A stretch of 64,000 nt of DNA from Chamaesiphon sp. (GTDB lineage: Bacteria > Cyanobacteriota > Cyanobacteriia > Cyanobacteriales > Chamaesiphonaceae), in assembly GCA_965246715.1 (NCBI GenBank), contig CBDFFH010000043.1, positions 107,160 through 171,159 on the forward strand, read 5' to 3'. The position numbers and the translations under genes were made by a program. The stretch's first letter is position 1. Every line of letters begins with the position of its first letter. The notes under the pieces are model-generated. The model made no database searches and was not told where the DNA came from. It was given only the letters and a program-made list of their open reading frames with translations. Below, one piece after another: positions 29,373 to 39,517 of the stretch.

Positions 29373-29968
29373 TCCTTTAGGATACAAGGGGTAATGCCTC
29401 GTGCTTACCCCGCATCGATTCAGGGTACCCACAAGCGGCGTTTTTATTCGGGGGTTCCCCCCGAATAAAAAAACGACAAGACAGGAGCACCCCTACAAAA
29501 AATCATACCCATATTCAGCAACGCCAGAATTTTATCCCGCCTAACAAGTCTAGGGAGCTTTTTTTCTTTGGTGCCTTTTTACACTTTCCAAACATCCTCT
29601 AAGGAGCAGATGACCTATTTTCAGCACCCCGATCGCCAGGAGGAGAGTTGTACCAATTGAAGGGGTTAGAATTTGGGGTTATGCAAAAAACCCCTATTTG
29701 AAAGTGTCTGTCATCTCAGCTATATGGCTGAGCAAAAAATTTAGTTCAGACTAATTCAGCTAAATGGCGTATTTTGCAATTACCTGATATGATGTTGCGA
29801 AATCACTGACATTTTGCTACTGAATTGCTAGATCCAGACTTTTGCATCCACAACTTTGAGCTGCTACCTAGCTACTTAATTTTGAGAGTGTTTTTGATTG
29901 CATCCAGGGATATGAGCGGAAACAGTCTTTTGACCAGACTTATCTAATTTATTTGGAAGAATCTAACC

Positions 29969-30565
29969 ATGAATTTTTTGACTAAAAAACACCGCATCGC
30001 CAATCTGGTTGCAGTTGCAGCGACAGCGGTTTCGGTGTGTACTGTTGGCATGGAGGAGGAGGCGAAGGCGGTCTCGTTAACGTCCTGCAGTACTACTACT
30101 TACTGCTACGTCTATTTTGATTCGATAACAAGCAAAACATACAATATCACCAAGGTCGGAAATAGTTTTAATTTTAATCGAGTTACGTTAGTTAATAATT
30201 TTTTTTGGCAGCAGAGTTTTAGCGCATCGCTTCTTTCGCAGGCGCTAACTCAGGAATCCCAGGCCAATGCCATTACGACAGGGGCGCCAATAGTTGCTTA
30301 TGATTTGGTTAACAGTGGATTTAATGTGGTTCTATTCGACCCAAAGCGAATCGATCCGACAGCCTCAAGATCCGACCTGACGATCTTACAGGGGCAACAG
30401 TTCGCGGTAGCTACCGAGGTAGCTACCACAGCAACAGCGGTACCGGAGCCATCGGGCATCATCGGCGGGCTGTTCGCATCCCTAGCCGCAGGAGGGGTAA
30501 TAGTTGCTAGACGTAAACTCACCCTATCACACAAACCCGATTCCAGCTCTAGCTCTGCGCTCTGA
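29969..30565 (+). CDS. PEP-CTERM sorting domain protein
   Basis: Signal peptide ending in AKA; C-terminal VPEP, hydrophobic helix and RRK. Confidence 0.85.
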   Translation: MNFLTKKHRIANLVAVAATAVSVCTVGMEEEAKAVSLTSCSTTTYCYVYFDSITSKTYNITKVGNSFNFNRVTLVNNFFWQQSFSASLLSQALTQESQANAITTGAPIVAYDLVNSGFNVVLFDPKRIDPTASRSDLTILQGQQFAVATEVATTATAVPEPSGIIGGLFASLAAGGVIVARRKLTLSHKPDSSSSSAL

Positions 30566-30597
30566 GAACGTAACTACACCAAACTGCCTCCCCATCT

Positions 30598-30893
30598 GGT
30601 GGGTGATGGATATTTGTCATTGGATTGTTGATGTCGTCTTACGACCCAATGGTAGTAAAGGTTTTGTCCTTTTGCCTAAACGTTGGACTGTGGAACGGAC
30701 TTATGGTTGGTTGCACTGGTGAGGCACGGGGGGCGAAATAATTCGCCCCATTGAGTGCCGTGTCGTCGCCTCAATGTTGATTATGAGCGTTTACCTGCTT
30801 CTTCAGAGGCTTTTATCCACATTGCCATGATTCGACTTATGCTATGGAGACTTGCCTGAACATCCTATACTCTCCGTATTTCCAAACATCCTC
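30598..30893 (+). mobile_element. 3' remnant of an IS5-family (IS1031-like) element
   Basis: [40 protein letters not shown]...; right TIR TTTCCAAACATCCTC followed by TAA; 5' boundary approximate. Confidence 0.8.
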
Positions 30894-31066
30894 TAAGCAA
30901 TTTTATTGTCTCCGAAAGAATGTTTGAGTCGCAGAATGACAGTTTTTAGCCAAATTCCCTGGATTCTCTATTCCCGATCCGCCAACTTAGGATAGAAACA
31001 GCGTAGTATAATGGTGGTTTGGGCGATCGCTAGATCGATTCAGTCTTAACTAACGAGGAAGTAAAC

Positions 31067-31912
31067 ATGCGCCTTGGAACCGAAGACCATAAAGAGTTAT
31101 TTTGTCAAAACTTTATTGCCACTCATCGTCACTACGATCCCGATCGGTTACCGTGGCCGCAATTATCTGACGACCAGCTTAGCTTGCTCCGGGGGATTCC
31201 GTTTTGGGGAGAGGCGCTGAGGGTAGAGACCAATGCAGGAGTGATGGTTACGGCTTTTGCTGAAACAGTGTCAGACCCCAGGCTCCGCGAGGCAATCGAG
31301 CTTCAAGGTCGTGAGGAAGCCCGCCACGCTTTACTACTCGAAGTAATGATGGAGCGCTACGGGATCGCAGTGCAACGTCCCGAGGTGCAACTACCGGAAC
31401 GGTTAGAAGCAGCGTTTATCGACCTCGGACATGAAGAGTGCCTGGATTCTTTTTTTGCCTTTGGCTTTTTTGAGGTGGCGCGGCGGGCGCAGCTTTTCCC
31501 AGAGGCGATGTTTACCATTTTTGAATCGATTTTGGATGAAGAGGCGCGCCACATCGTCTTTTTTGTAAATTGGCTGACATACATCCACATCCAACGCGGG
31601 CAGGGTGCTCCGTTGCTGCGTTCGGCTCGATCGCTTTATTACTACACCAAGGCGTTACACCGCTTGGTCGGTTCGCTGCAAATGGGCAATAACAACGGCC
31701 CTGGCTTCACCGCTAACGGGGCGGCCTTATTGGGACTCGATCTTACTCCAGAAATTTTTGTGAATACCTGCCTTCAGCAGAACGATCGCCGAGTCGGCAC
31801 CCTCGATCGCCAACTGCTGCGACCTCGTTTGATGCCGGCCATTTTTAGCGGCGCACAGCGCACGCTAGCACTCTTCTCTCCCTCCCGGCTCCGTCCTGGA
31901 GTCTCCGCTTGA
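31067..31912 (+). CDS. Ferritin-like di-iron protein
   Basis: Two EEARH (ExxH) motifs with upstream glutamates; first gene of the shc operon. Confidence 0.75.
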   Translation: MRLGTEDHKELFCQNFIATHRHYDPDRLPWPQLSDDQLSLLRGIPFWGEALRVETNAGVMVTAFAETVSDPRLREAIELQGREEARHALLLEVMMERYGIAVQRPEVQLPERLEAAFIDLGHEECLDSFFAFGFFEVARRAQLFPEAMFTIFESILDEEARHIVFFVNWLTYIHIQRGQGAPLLRSARSLYYYTKALHRLVGSLQMGNNNGPGFTANGAALLGLDLTPEIFVNTCLQQNDRRVGTLDRQLLRPRLMPAIFSGAQRTLALFSPSRLRPGVSA

Positions 31913-32565
31913 CTAGGGAGATCGACGCGATTTTAGTCCCGCAAGGTGCTGAATTTGCGGCGGTAAAGCGAGCTTGTCAGACTAGCCCACCAGTCTTCGC
32001 CATTCCCGCTGGCCCAGCCCTGGCACCATCTTTGGCGACCCTCCCGACCGCATCCTGGCAGCGGGTGCTGCTACTGGGTCTATGCGGTAGTTTGGACGAT
32101 CGCTATGGGATCGGGGACGTGGTATTGTATCGGGCGACAATTTCACCTACGGGGCAGCGGCTGGAATGCGATCGAGAGTTAAGCGAAATCTGCGCACGGA
32201 TTGTAGCTCCCGCGCCAGCCCGAGTGCTGGCGCTCACTAGCCCTCAAGTAATTTGGCGGGCTGCCCAAAAACAGCATTATCGAGAACAATTAGGCGCACA
32301 AGTCGTCGATATGGAGGGGCAGATCGCCCAAACAATACTAGCGAGTCTAGGGATTGCGATGGGCACGATCCGCGTGGTGAGCGATGACAGCCACCACGAC
32401 CTCCCAGACCTAAGTAATGCCTTTGATGCCCAAGGTCAACTCCAAACCTGGCCGCTAGCCAGATCGCTGCTCGGCGATCCGATCGCTGGAGCGCGGTTAG
32501 TGCGGGGTTCGCTCCGCGCACTAACCGCGCTCCAGCGAGTGGCGCGACAGTTTGCGGTGAAATAA
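31909..32565 (+). CDS. Nucleoside phosphorylase/hydrolase family protein, HpnG-like
   Basis: G.CGSL, GDVV, VVDME, RVVSDD motifs; adjacent to shc. Confidence 0.75.
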   Translation: MTREIDAILVPQGAEFAAVKRACQTSPPVFAIPAGPALAPSLATLPTASWQRVLLLGLCGSLDDRYGIGDVVLYRATISPTGQRLECDRELSEICARIVAPAPARVLALTSPQVIWRAAQKQHYREQLGAQVVDMEGQIAQTILASLGIAMGTIRVVSDDSHHDLPDLSNAFDAQGQLQTWPLARSLLGDPIAGARLVRGSLRALTALQRVARQFAVK

Positions 32566-32651
32566 CCATTTTGGTAATAGCCGAATTTAGCGCCCATTCG
32601 GTAGCTTGAGTCAGAATCAAAAGTAATTAAATTGTGCGATCGGAGCAGGAT

Positions 32652-34589
32652 ATGGATCTTCAGGAACAACAGACAAAGTTGGATCGGGCAATTCACAACA
32701 GCCAAGATTATCTCTTAGGACTCCAAGACAGCCAGGGGTATTGGTGGGCGGAGTTAGAAGCCAATGTCACCATGACTGCTGAGGTCGTGCTGTTGCATAA
32801 AATTTGGGGCACCGCTCGATCTCGTCCGCTTGCCAAGGCTGAAACATTTTTGCGTCAAGAACAACGCGCCCATGGCGGCTGGGAGCTGTTCTATGGCGAT
32901 GGTGGCGAGTTGAGTACCTCGATCGAGGCTTATTTGGGGTTGCGCCTGTTGGGGGTGCCCGTCACCGATCCGGCCCTCCAGCTCGCACGGGAGTTTATTC
33001 TCCAGCGGGGCGGGATAGCTAACGCCAGGATCTTTACCAAGCTACATCTGGCCTTGGTCGGTTGTTATGACTGGGCGGGGATTCCGTCGTTGCCACCCTG
33101 GCTGATGTTGCTACCTGCGGGCGCGCCCATTAGTATCTATGAAATGTCCAGTTGGGCTAGGAGCAGCACCGTACCGCTGCTGATCGTCATCGATCGCAAA
33201 CCTGTCTTCAAAACCGACCCCTGCGTAAATCTAGCCGAGCTATATGTGGGTAATGACCGCCGGGGAAGGTTACCGGAGGCGCGTGACTGGCTCGATCGAG
33301 TTTTTTTGACCCTGGATGAAGGTTTTAAATGGGCCGAACAGCTCGATTTGGTACCCTTACGTCAAGAGGGACTCCAAGCGGCAGAGCGCTGGATTTTAGA
33401 GCGGCAGGAGGCCACTGGTGACTGGGCGGGGATAATTCCAGCGATGCTCAATTCGCTACTTGCCTTCCGCACGCTCGATTATCCAGTCAACGACCCAGTT
33501 GTCGATCGGGGCTTTCAAGCCATAGAGCGGTTTACGATCGAGACCGAACATACCTATCGCGTCCAGCCCTGTGTTTCTCCCGTCTGGGATACTGCATTGG
33601 TGATGCGAGCGTTGGTGGATTCCGGATTGTCCCCCGAGCATCCTGCGTTGGTTGATGCGGGTCAGTGGCTCCTGTCTAAGCAAATTCTCGACTATGGGGA
33701 CTGGTCGTTTAAGAACACCCAGGGGCTTTCCGGCGGCTGGGCATTTGAGTTTGAAAATCGCTTTTATCCAGACGTGGATGACACCGCTGTCGTGGTGATG
33801 GCCTTGACTGATGTGCGACTTCCCGACCCCCAGCTCAAACAGGCGGCGATCGATCGAGCGGTGAACTGGGTGGCTTCGATGCAATGCCAAGCGGGCGGCT
33901 GGGCTGCGTTTGACATCGACAACGACTTGGACTTACTCAATCGTCTGCCCTACGCCGATCTCCAGGCGATGATCGACCCCAATACCGCTGATGTCACCGC
34001 TAGAGTCTTAGAAATGTATGGGCGTGGGTCTCTTACCCTGACTTCCCAGCAACGCGATCGTGCCTTAGCCTACTTGAAACGCGAACAAGATGACAGTGGG
34101 GCTTGGTTTGGTCGCTGGGGTGTTAACTATATATATGGTACTAGTGGCGTACTGACAGCCCTAGCCCTAGTTGCCCCCGAGGAAAAGTCGGCGATCCGGC
34201 GCGGAGCTAACTGGCTGCGAAATTGCCAAAACCCCGATGGTGGTTGGGGCGAAACTTGCCACAGCTACCAGACACCTAGCTTGAAAGGTCAGGGTGTCAG
34301 CACGGCTTCGCAGACTGCTTGGGCGCTCATCGGACTATTGGCTGTGGCAATGGCAGTAGCGGATTATGACTATAGTGACACGCTGGAGCGCGGTGTCACC
34401 TATCTCCTCGCTACCCAACAGGCACAGGGCGATTGGCAGGAGGCGGAGTTTACTGGGACAGGCTTTCCAGGGCATTTTTACCTGAAATACCACTTATACC
34501 AGCAGCACTTCCCCCTCACTGCCCTGGGTCGCTACCGCGATTGGTTGTTACAACAAGCGAGCCGCTCAGAGAAATCGCCGATCGCCTAA
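32652..34589 (+). CDS. shc: Squalene-hopene cyclase
   Basis: DVDDTAVV catalytic motif, QW repeats, GTGFPGHFYL. Confidence 0.96.
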   Translation: MDLQEQQTKLDRAIHNSQDYLLGLQDSQGYWWAELEANVTMTAEVVLLHKIWGTARSRPLAKAETFLRQEQRAHGGWELFYGDGGELSTSIEAYLGLRLLGVPVTDPALQLAREFILQRGGIANARIFTKLHLALVGCYDWAGIPSLPPWLMLLPAGAPISIYEMSSWARSSTVPLLIVIDRKPVFKTDPCVNLAELYVGNDRRGRLPEARDWLDRVFLTLDEGFKWAEQLDLVPLRQEGLQAAERWILERQEATGDWAGIIPAMLNSLLAFRTLDYPVNDPVVDRGFQAIERFTIETEHTYRVQPCVSPVWDTALVMRALVDSGLSPEHPALVDAGQWLLSKQILDYGDWSFKNTQGLSGGWAFEFENRFYPDVDDTAVVVMALTDVRLPDPQLKQAAIDRAVNWVASMQCQAGGWAAFDIDNDLDLLNRLPYADLQAMIDPNTADVTARVLEMYGRGSLTLTSQQRDRALAYLKREQDDSGAWFGRWGVNYIYGTSGVLTALALVAPEEKSAIRRGANWLRNCQNPDGGWGETCHSYQTPSLKGQGVSTASQTAWALIGLLAVAMAVADYDYSDTLERGVTYLLATQQAQGDWQEAEFTGTGFPGHFYLKYHLYQQHFPLTALGRYRDWLLQQASRSEKSPIA

Positions 34590-34640
34590 TACTACCGTAG
34601 TATTTCTAGCCGGATCCAGTAATTTTAGAGAGTAAATAGT

Positions 34641-35708
34641 ATGGTCAATTCTGTGATGGAGTCAGTGCAAATCAACAGAGAAGCAGAGCTGTTTTGCCAG
34701 GAGATGTTGCCAGAAGTTTCGCGAACCTTTGCCCTGAGTATTCGCTTTTTGCCAGGAGATCTGGGTCGCTCGGTGCTCTGTGCCTACCTGCTCTGTCGGA
34801 TCGCTGACACGATCGAAGATGATGCTGCAGCTCTGCCCGCACACAAGCTCGTGCTCCTCGATCGATTGATGGACAGCTTTGAAAATCCCGCCCAGGCCAG
34901 TAGCTTATCCGCAGCGGCAGCAGTGGTCAAGGGGGAAGCCGCCCACGTCCGGCTGGTCGCGCATACACATCTGGTATTCGAGATGTTTCAAACGTTACCC
35001 GATCGTAGTAAAGCGACTGTGCAGCAATGGGTCGGGGAAATGGTTCTAGGGATGAAGGAATTTATTGGTTTACATCCCCTGGGTATCCGCATCAAAACCC
35101 TCGATGAGTACAAAAAATATTGTTATTACGTGGCAGGAACAGTCGGACATTTGTTGACCGACCTCTGGTACGAGCATTCAGACGAGATCGATATCGATAA
35201 CTATGCGGTGCTCTTAAAGCGTTGTGAAGCCTTCGGTCAAGCCCTCCAGACTGTGAATATCCTCAAGGACATCGCTTGGGATGCCGTTCATGAAAACTCG
35301 ATTTATGTTCCCGCCGCCGATCTCGACGCGAAGGGCAGTAGTCATCAATTGCTGCTAGACCCCGCGCGGCTCTCACAGAACCTCGCAGCATTGGGTTCGC
35401 TGATGGATCTGGCGCGGAGCGACTTGGATGAGGCTCTGGCCTATTTGCTGACCGTGCCCAAGCGCGCAGTATCCATCCGGCTGTTTTGTATCTTGCCATT
35501 GCTGTTTGCATATGCCACGCTCCGCGAATTAAATAATTCCAGTGCCATGCTCCAACCAGGTGGCTCGGTCAAAATATCTCGGCAAGAAGTGAAATTGCTA
35601 ATTATGTCTGGGTGTATTGCCGTCTTCAGCAATCGGGGAATTGCTTGGCTGGTCGATCTGGTGCGTAAAGATCGACCTCAAAGCTTTTCTTCAGTTCAGC
35701 TTAACTAG
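34641..35708 (+). CDS. Squalene/phytoene synthase family protein, probable squalene synthase
   Basis: VSRTF, CRIADTIEDD, YCYYVAGTVG, LQTVNILKD. Confidence 0.85.
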   Translation: MVNSVMESVQINREAELFCQEMLPEVSRTFALSIRFLPGDLGRSVLCAYLLCRIADTIEDDAAALPAHKLVLLDRLMDSFENPAQASSLSAAAAVVKGEAAHVRLVAHTHLVFEMFQTLPDRSKATVQQWVGEMVLGMKEFIGLHPLGIRIKTLDEYKKYCYYVAGTVGHLLTDLWYEHSDEIDIDNYAVLLKRCEAFGQALQTVNILKDIAWDAVHENSIYVPAADLDAKGSSHQLLLDPARLSQNLAALGSLMDLARSDLDEALAYLLTVPKRAVSIRLFCILPLLFAYATLRELNNSSAMLQPGGSVKISRQEVKLLIMSGCIAVFSNRGIAWLVDLVRKDRPQSFSSVQLN

Positions 35709-36222
35709 GTGCTAAGCATCATCGGGAAAATCTCGAACTACTGAATCAGTCTGGCAACAGCGGTGAAATAGCCAATTACCGCTGCTGCTAGCGATCGATC
35801 GAAACTGGACGGAAAACTATCTTGCAAAAGATCGCACTTTAGTGAATGCGAGCGACTATATTTTGCTGGGGTAACTAATCAGACATAATCAAAACTAAAA
35901 ATCTTGTACGTTAGTCATGGATGAGATCGGATTACCATCAGCTGAAATTAAAACAATTGCATCGGCTCGATCGGCTCTGCCTGCTACTAACTAAGTTGTC
36001 AGCAGTAAAAACGCGTTCTAGCCGAGCTATAATATTCGCCAGTTGTGCCTTGTTATCTAAATACAGTCACGTTTATGAGTTGACAATAACATCCATCCAG
36101 TTCATAAATTCACAAAACTAGATATTTCGATCGGTTGAGTCGATCTAGGCGATGAGTTGTTTCGATTTCGTCAGTTCGATCGAGTCTGGAAAATCTGCTT
36201 AGTTATGAGTATTAGTTACGCG

Positions 36223-36684
36223 ATGAAATCTCAATCTATTCGGTTTTGCGATCGCCAAGCAGACATCGATCTGCATCAGCTCCAAGCCTTGTTTAATAAA
36301 AGTGCATTTTGGGCGAGCAATCGACAGATAGGAGATCTGCAAATCGCACTCGATCGTAGCGATCCTGTAATATCTGCCTGGGATGAACTCCGACTCGTCG
36401 GCTTTGCCAGGGCTACTTCTGATGGAATTTATCGTGCTACAATCTGGGATGTAGTTATCGATGACGATTATCAACGGTTGGGATTGGGGCGGAAATTAGT
36501 AGCAACGGTGCTGGACGCTCCGTGTATGCAGCGTGTCGAACGGATCTATCTGAGCACTACTCACCAACAAACTTTTTACGAACGGCTCGGCTTCGAGCGC
36601 AATAGCAGTACGACAATGGTACTAGTTAACTCAAATAACGATCGACTGAACAAATTCGCGATCTCTGAATCATCAGCTAGTTAG
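36223..36684 (+). CDS. GNAT family N-acetyltransferase
   Basis: LVGFARATSDG.YRATIWDVV....Q..GLGRKL, FYERLGF. Confidence 0.85.
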   Translation: MKSQSIRFCDRQADIDLHQLQALFNKSAFWASNRQIGDLQIALDRSDPVISAWDELRLVGFARATSDGIYRATIWDVVIDDDYQRLGLGRKLVATVLDAPCMQRVERIYLSTTHQQTFYERLGFERNSSTTMVLVNSNNDRLNKFAISESSAS

Positions 36685-36926
36685 TAATTGTTAACATTTG
36701 TAAATATTCTGAGGATAAATCTCGATCGAATCCATCACGGCAATGCTGCTGTAACGACTACGAGCCTAGTCATGTGAAGGTTTGAACCGATCGATCGGGT
36801 CAAATAAAGCGGATGGCGATCGCCTTGCATCCGAGGCGGGAAGCAGATTAACATAATGCATGAGATTATTTAAATAATAATAAAGTTTTCGTAGTAGACA
36901 CCTATTTTTAAGGAGGAGCGTAGTCG

Positions 36927-38456
36927 ATGGGACTACCCTGGTATCGTGTGCATACGGTCGTCCTGAATGACCCAGGTCGGCTGATTTCCGTGCATTTAAT
37001 GCATACAGCTTTAGTTGCTGGTTGGGCTGGATCGATGGCTCTGTTCGAGCTATCCAACTTCGACCCCAGCGACCCAGTTTTCAACCCCATGTGGCGACAA
37101 GGGATGTTTGTCTTGCCATTCATGGCACGTTTGGGTATCACGAAATCTTGGGGCGGTTGGAGCTTGGTTCCAGGCGAATCAGCCGGAGATGTTGGTTTCT
37201 GGTCTTTTGAAGGTGTCGCTACCGCTCACATCATCCTCTCTGGCTTGTTGATGTTGGCATCGATTTGGCATTGGGTCTACTGGGACTTGGAACTGTTTAC
37301 AGATCCTCGGACTGGCGAACCTGCACTAGATTTGCCCAAAATGTTTGGGATTCACCTGTTCTTATCTGGTTTACTCTGTTTCGGCTTTGGAGCCTTCCAC
37401 CTGACTGGTCTATTCGGCCCAGGGATGTGGGTGTCCGACCCGTTTGGGATTACCGGACATGTCACGCCGGTCGCGCCGGAATGGGGGCCTGCTGGATTTA
37501 ACCCGTTCAATCCAGGTGGTGTCGTCGCGCACCATATTGCAGCGGGTACCGTGGGAATTATCGCTGGATTATTCCACCTCACCGTGCGTCCGCCCGAGCG
37601 CTTGTACAAAGCCCTCCGGATGGGTAACATCGAGACCGTACTATCTTCGAGTATTGCTGCGGTATTTTTCGCTGCATTTATCGTCGCTGGTACCATGTGG
37701 TACGGTAACGCTACTACCCCGATCGAATTATTCGGCCCGACGCGCTATCAGTGGGATAGCGGTTATTTCCAACAGGAGATTCAACGTCGCGTCCAATCTA
37801 GCGTCGAAGATGGTAAGAGCGAAGCTGAGGCTTGGCAAGCAATTCCCGATAAACTGGCTTTCTATGACTATGTTGGTAACAGCCCTGCTAAAGGCGGTCT
37901 GTTCCGGACTGGTCCGATGGTTAAAGGTGATGGGATCGCTCAAGGTTGGCAAGGACACCCAGTATTCAAAGACGCTGAAGGTCGGGTACTGAGCGTGCGT
38001 CGTCTGCCCAACTTCTTTGAAAGTTTCCCTGTTGTCTTAACTGACTCTGAAGGCGTAGTGCGCGCGGACATTCCGTTCCGGCGGGCAGAATCGCGCTACA
38101 GCTTCGAGCAAGCTGGAATTACAGCTAGCTTCTACGGTGGCGCTTTAAACGGTCAAACCTTTAAAGATCCCGTCCAAGTCAAGCAGTTTGCCCGCAAAGC
38201 TCAAGGTGGCGAAATCTTTGAATTCGATCGCGAGAAACTCAACTCTGACGGTGTATTCCGGACGAGTCCACGCGGTTGGTTCACCTTCGGACATGCTTGC
38301 TTTGCACTGTTATTCTTCTTCGGTCATCTCTGGCATGGTTCGCGGACGATCTACCGCGATGTCTTTGCTGGTGTAGAAGCCGATATGGAAGAACAAGTAG
38401 AATTCGGTCTGTTCCAGAAATTGGGCGACCCAACTACGCGTCGGAAAGAAGCTTAA
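36927..38456 (+). CDS. psbB: Photosystem II CP47 protein
   Basis: [28 protein letters not shown]. Confidence 0.99.
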   Translation: MGLPWYRVHTVVLNDPGRLISVHLMHTALVAGWAGSMALFELSNFDPSDPVFNPMWRQGMFVLPFMARLGITKSWGGWSLVPGESAGDVGFWSFEGVATAHIILSGLLMLASIWHWVYWDLELFTDPRTGEPALDLPKMFGIHLFLSGLLCFGFGAFHLTGLFGPGMWVSDPFGITGHVTPVAPEWGPAGFNPFNPGGVVAHHIAAGTVGIIAGLFHLTVRPPERLYKALRMGNIETVLSSSIAAVFFAAFIVAGTMWYGNATTPIELFGPTRYQWDSGYFQQEIQRRVQSSVEDGKSEAEAWQAIPDKLAFYDYVGNSPAKGGLFRTGPMVKGDGIAQGWQGHPVFKDAEGRVLSVRRLPNFFESFPVVLTDSEGVVRADIPFRRAESRYSFEQAGITASFYGGALNGQTFKDPVQVKQFARKAQGGEIFEFDREKLNSDGVFRTSPRGWFTFGHACFALLFFFGHLWHGSRTIYRDVFAGVEADMEEQVEFGLFQKLGDPTTRRKEA

Positions 38457-38562
38457 TCATTGGTTAGCGCTCGACCTCAACCTCGTGTCGAGCGTCGAGT
38501 GCTAATACCCCCTGGTTCGTTTTGTTGTTTAATTTAAAGTAATCCCGGAGGACTTTGTCACC

Positions 38563-38673
38563 ATGGAAGCAACTATTTATATTCTGGTTACAACTTTGGC
38601 ATTGGGTGTGGTCTTCTTTGCCATTACTTTCCGCGAACCGCCCAGAATTCCCCGCAACACTGACAAAAAATAA
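38563..38673 (+). CDS. psbT: Photosystem II reaction centre protein T (not in ORF track)
   Basis: Hand translation MEATIYILVTTLALGVVFFAITFREPPRIPRNTDKK; GGAGG RBS; follows psbB. Confidence 0.93.
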   Translation: MEATIYILVTTLALGVVFFAITFREPPRIPRNTDKK

Positions 38674-38819
38674 CGATCTAATCGATCGATTATCAAATCT
38701 GAGCCAATTGCTAGACTTGTCTGCACGGCTCAGATTTTTCATTTTATGGGATAGTGAAGAATGACTGGCGATCGAGTGTGCAGAATTTATCATTCATAAC
38801 TCATAATTTATATATCTAT

Positions 38820-39308
38820 ATGCAATGCCCCTACTGCCAGTTTACAGATAGCCGAGTGTTAGAATCTCGCTCGACCGAAGCTGGACAAAGTATCCGGCGG
38901 CGGCGAGAGTGTCTCAACTGTAAACATCGCTTCACTACGTACGAACGATTGGAATTCGTCCCGGTGACTGTGATCAAGCAAGATTCGCGGCGCGAATATT
39001 TCGATCGATCTAAACTGTTGCGGGGGATGATCCACGCCTGTCAGAAAACCGGACTCGACCCAGATACACTTGAAAAGATCGTCGATGATATCGAATCTCA
39101 ACTGCAAACTCGCACGCTCAGAGAGGTGACGACAGCCGAAATTGGCGAGTTAGTATTGGCCGAATTACGCCCGTTAAGTGAAGTTGCTTACGTTCGGTTT
39201 GCATCGGTATATCGGCAATTTCAGGGGATTCGTGACTTTGTAGATACATTACATCAGCTCAAGATCGATCGATCTCCCGAAATTCGTTCTGAAACCAAGT
39301 CAATGTAG
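38820..39308 (+). CDS. nrdR: Transcriptional repressor NrdR
   Basis: [40 protein letters not shown]. Confidence 0.96.
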   Translation: MQCPYCQFTDSRVLESRSTEAGQSIRRRRECLNCKHRFTTYERLEFVPVTVIKQDSRREYFDRSKLLRGMIHACQKTGLDPDTLEKIVDDIESQLQTRTLREVTTAEIGELVLAELRPLSEVAYVRFASVYRQFQGIRDFVDTLHQLKIDRSPEIRSETKSM

Positions 39309-39517
39309 TCGTCATCACCAAGATCGTGATTTTGGTTGATTCTGCAAAAGTTCGAGTTAAAATTCAACTTCCTCTTAGCGCACATACTTCTCTAATTGTT
39401 CCGGCGATACTTAACACCGCTAAAAAGCACACCCTGATATTGCCGCTACCTGACTGCGGAAGGAGGCTACTCAGGATGATAAAATTTGAGCCTAGACTAC
39501 TCGAGCTGACTATTTTT

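Larger units (their letters stand above)
27904..29388 (-). mobile_element. IS110 family (IS621-like) insertion sequence, bounded by CT cores
   Basis: Ends defined by comparison with the empty site; minus strand ATTACCC-CT-TGTATCC...ACAGTAT-CT-ACAAA. Confidence 0.92.
27861..29525. mobile_element. REP-carrying MITE (family of 16902-17083) split by IS110
   Basis: TIRs GGCGTTGCTGAAT; 8-bp TSD AGAATTTT (27853-27860, 29526-29533); halves rejoin to the 182-bp element. Confidence 0.88.
27454..29599 (-). mobile_element. Internally deleted IS5-family (IS1031-like) element; outer shell of the nest
   Basis: TIRs GAGGATGTTTG(A/G)AAA with TAA on both sides; transposase remnant MTPAYTTELT..*..GRPRTV fused to [26 protein letters not shown]. 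Confidence 0.85.

Noticed and set aside
38555..38764. 69-aa ORF from the track after psbB
   Set aside because: Shadow frame of psbT (38563-38673)
39430..39500. Possible riboswitch upstream of mtnA (CTGACTGCGGAAGGAGGC)
   Set aside because: No recognisable SAM, SAH or glutamine aptamer core
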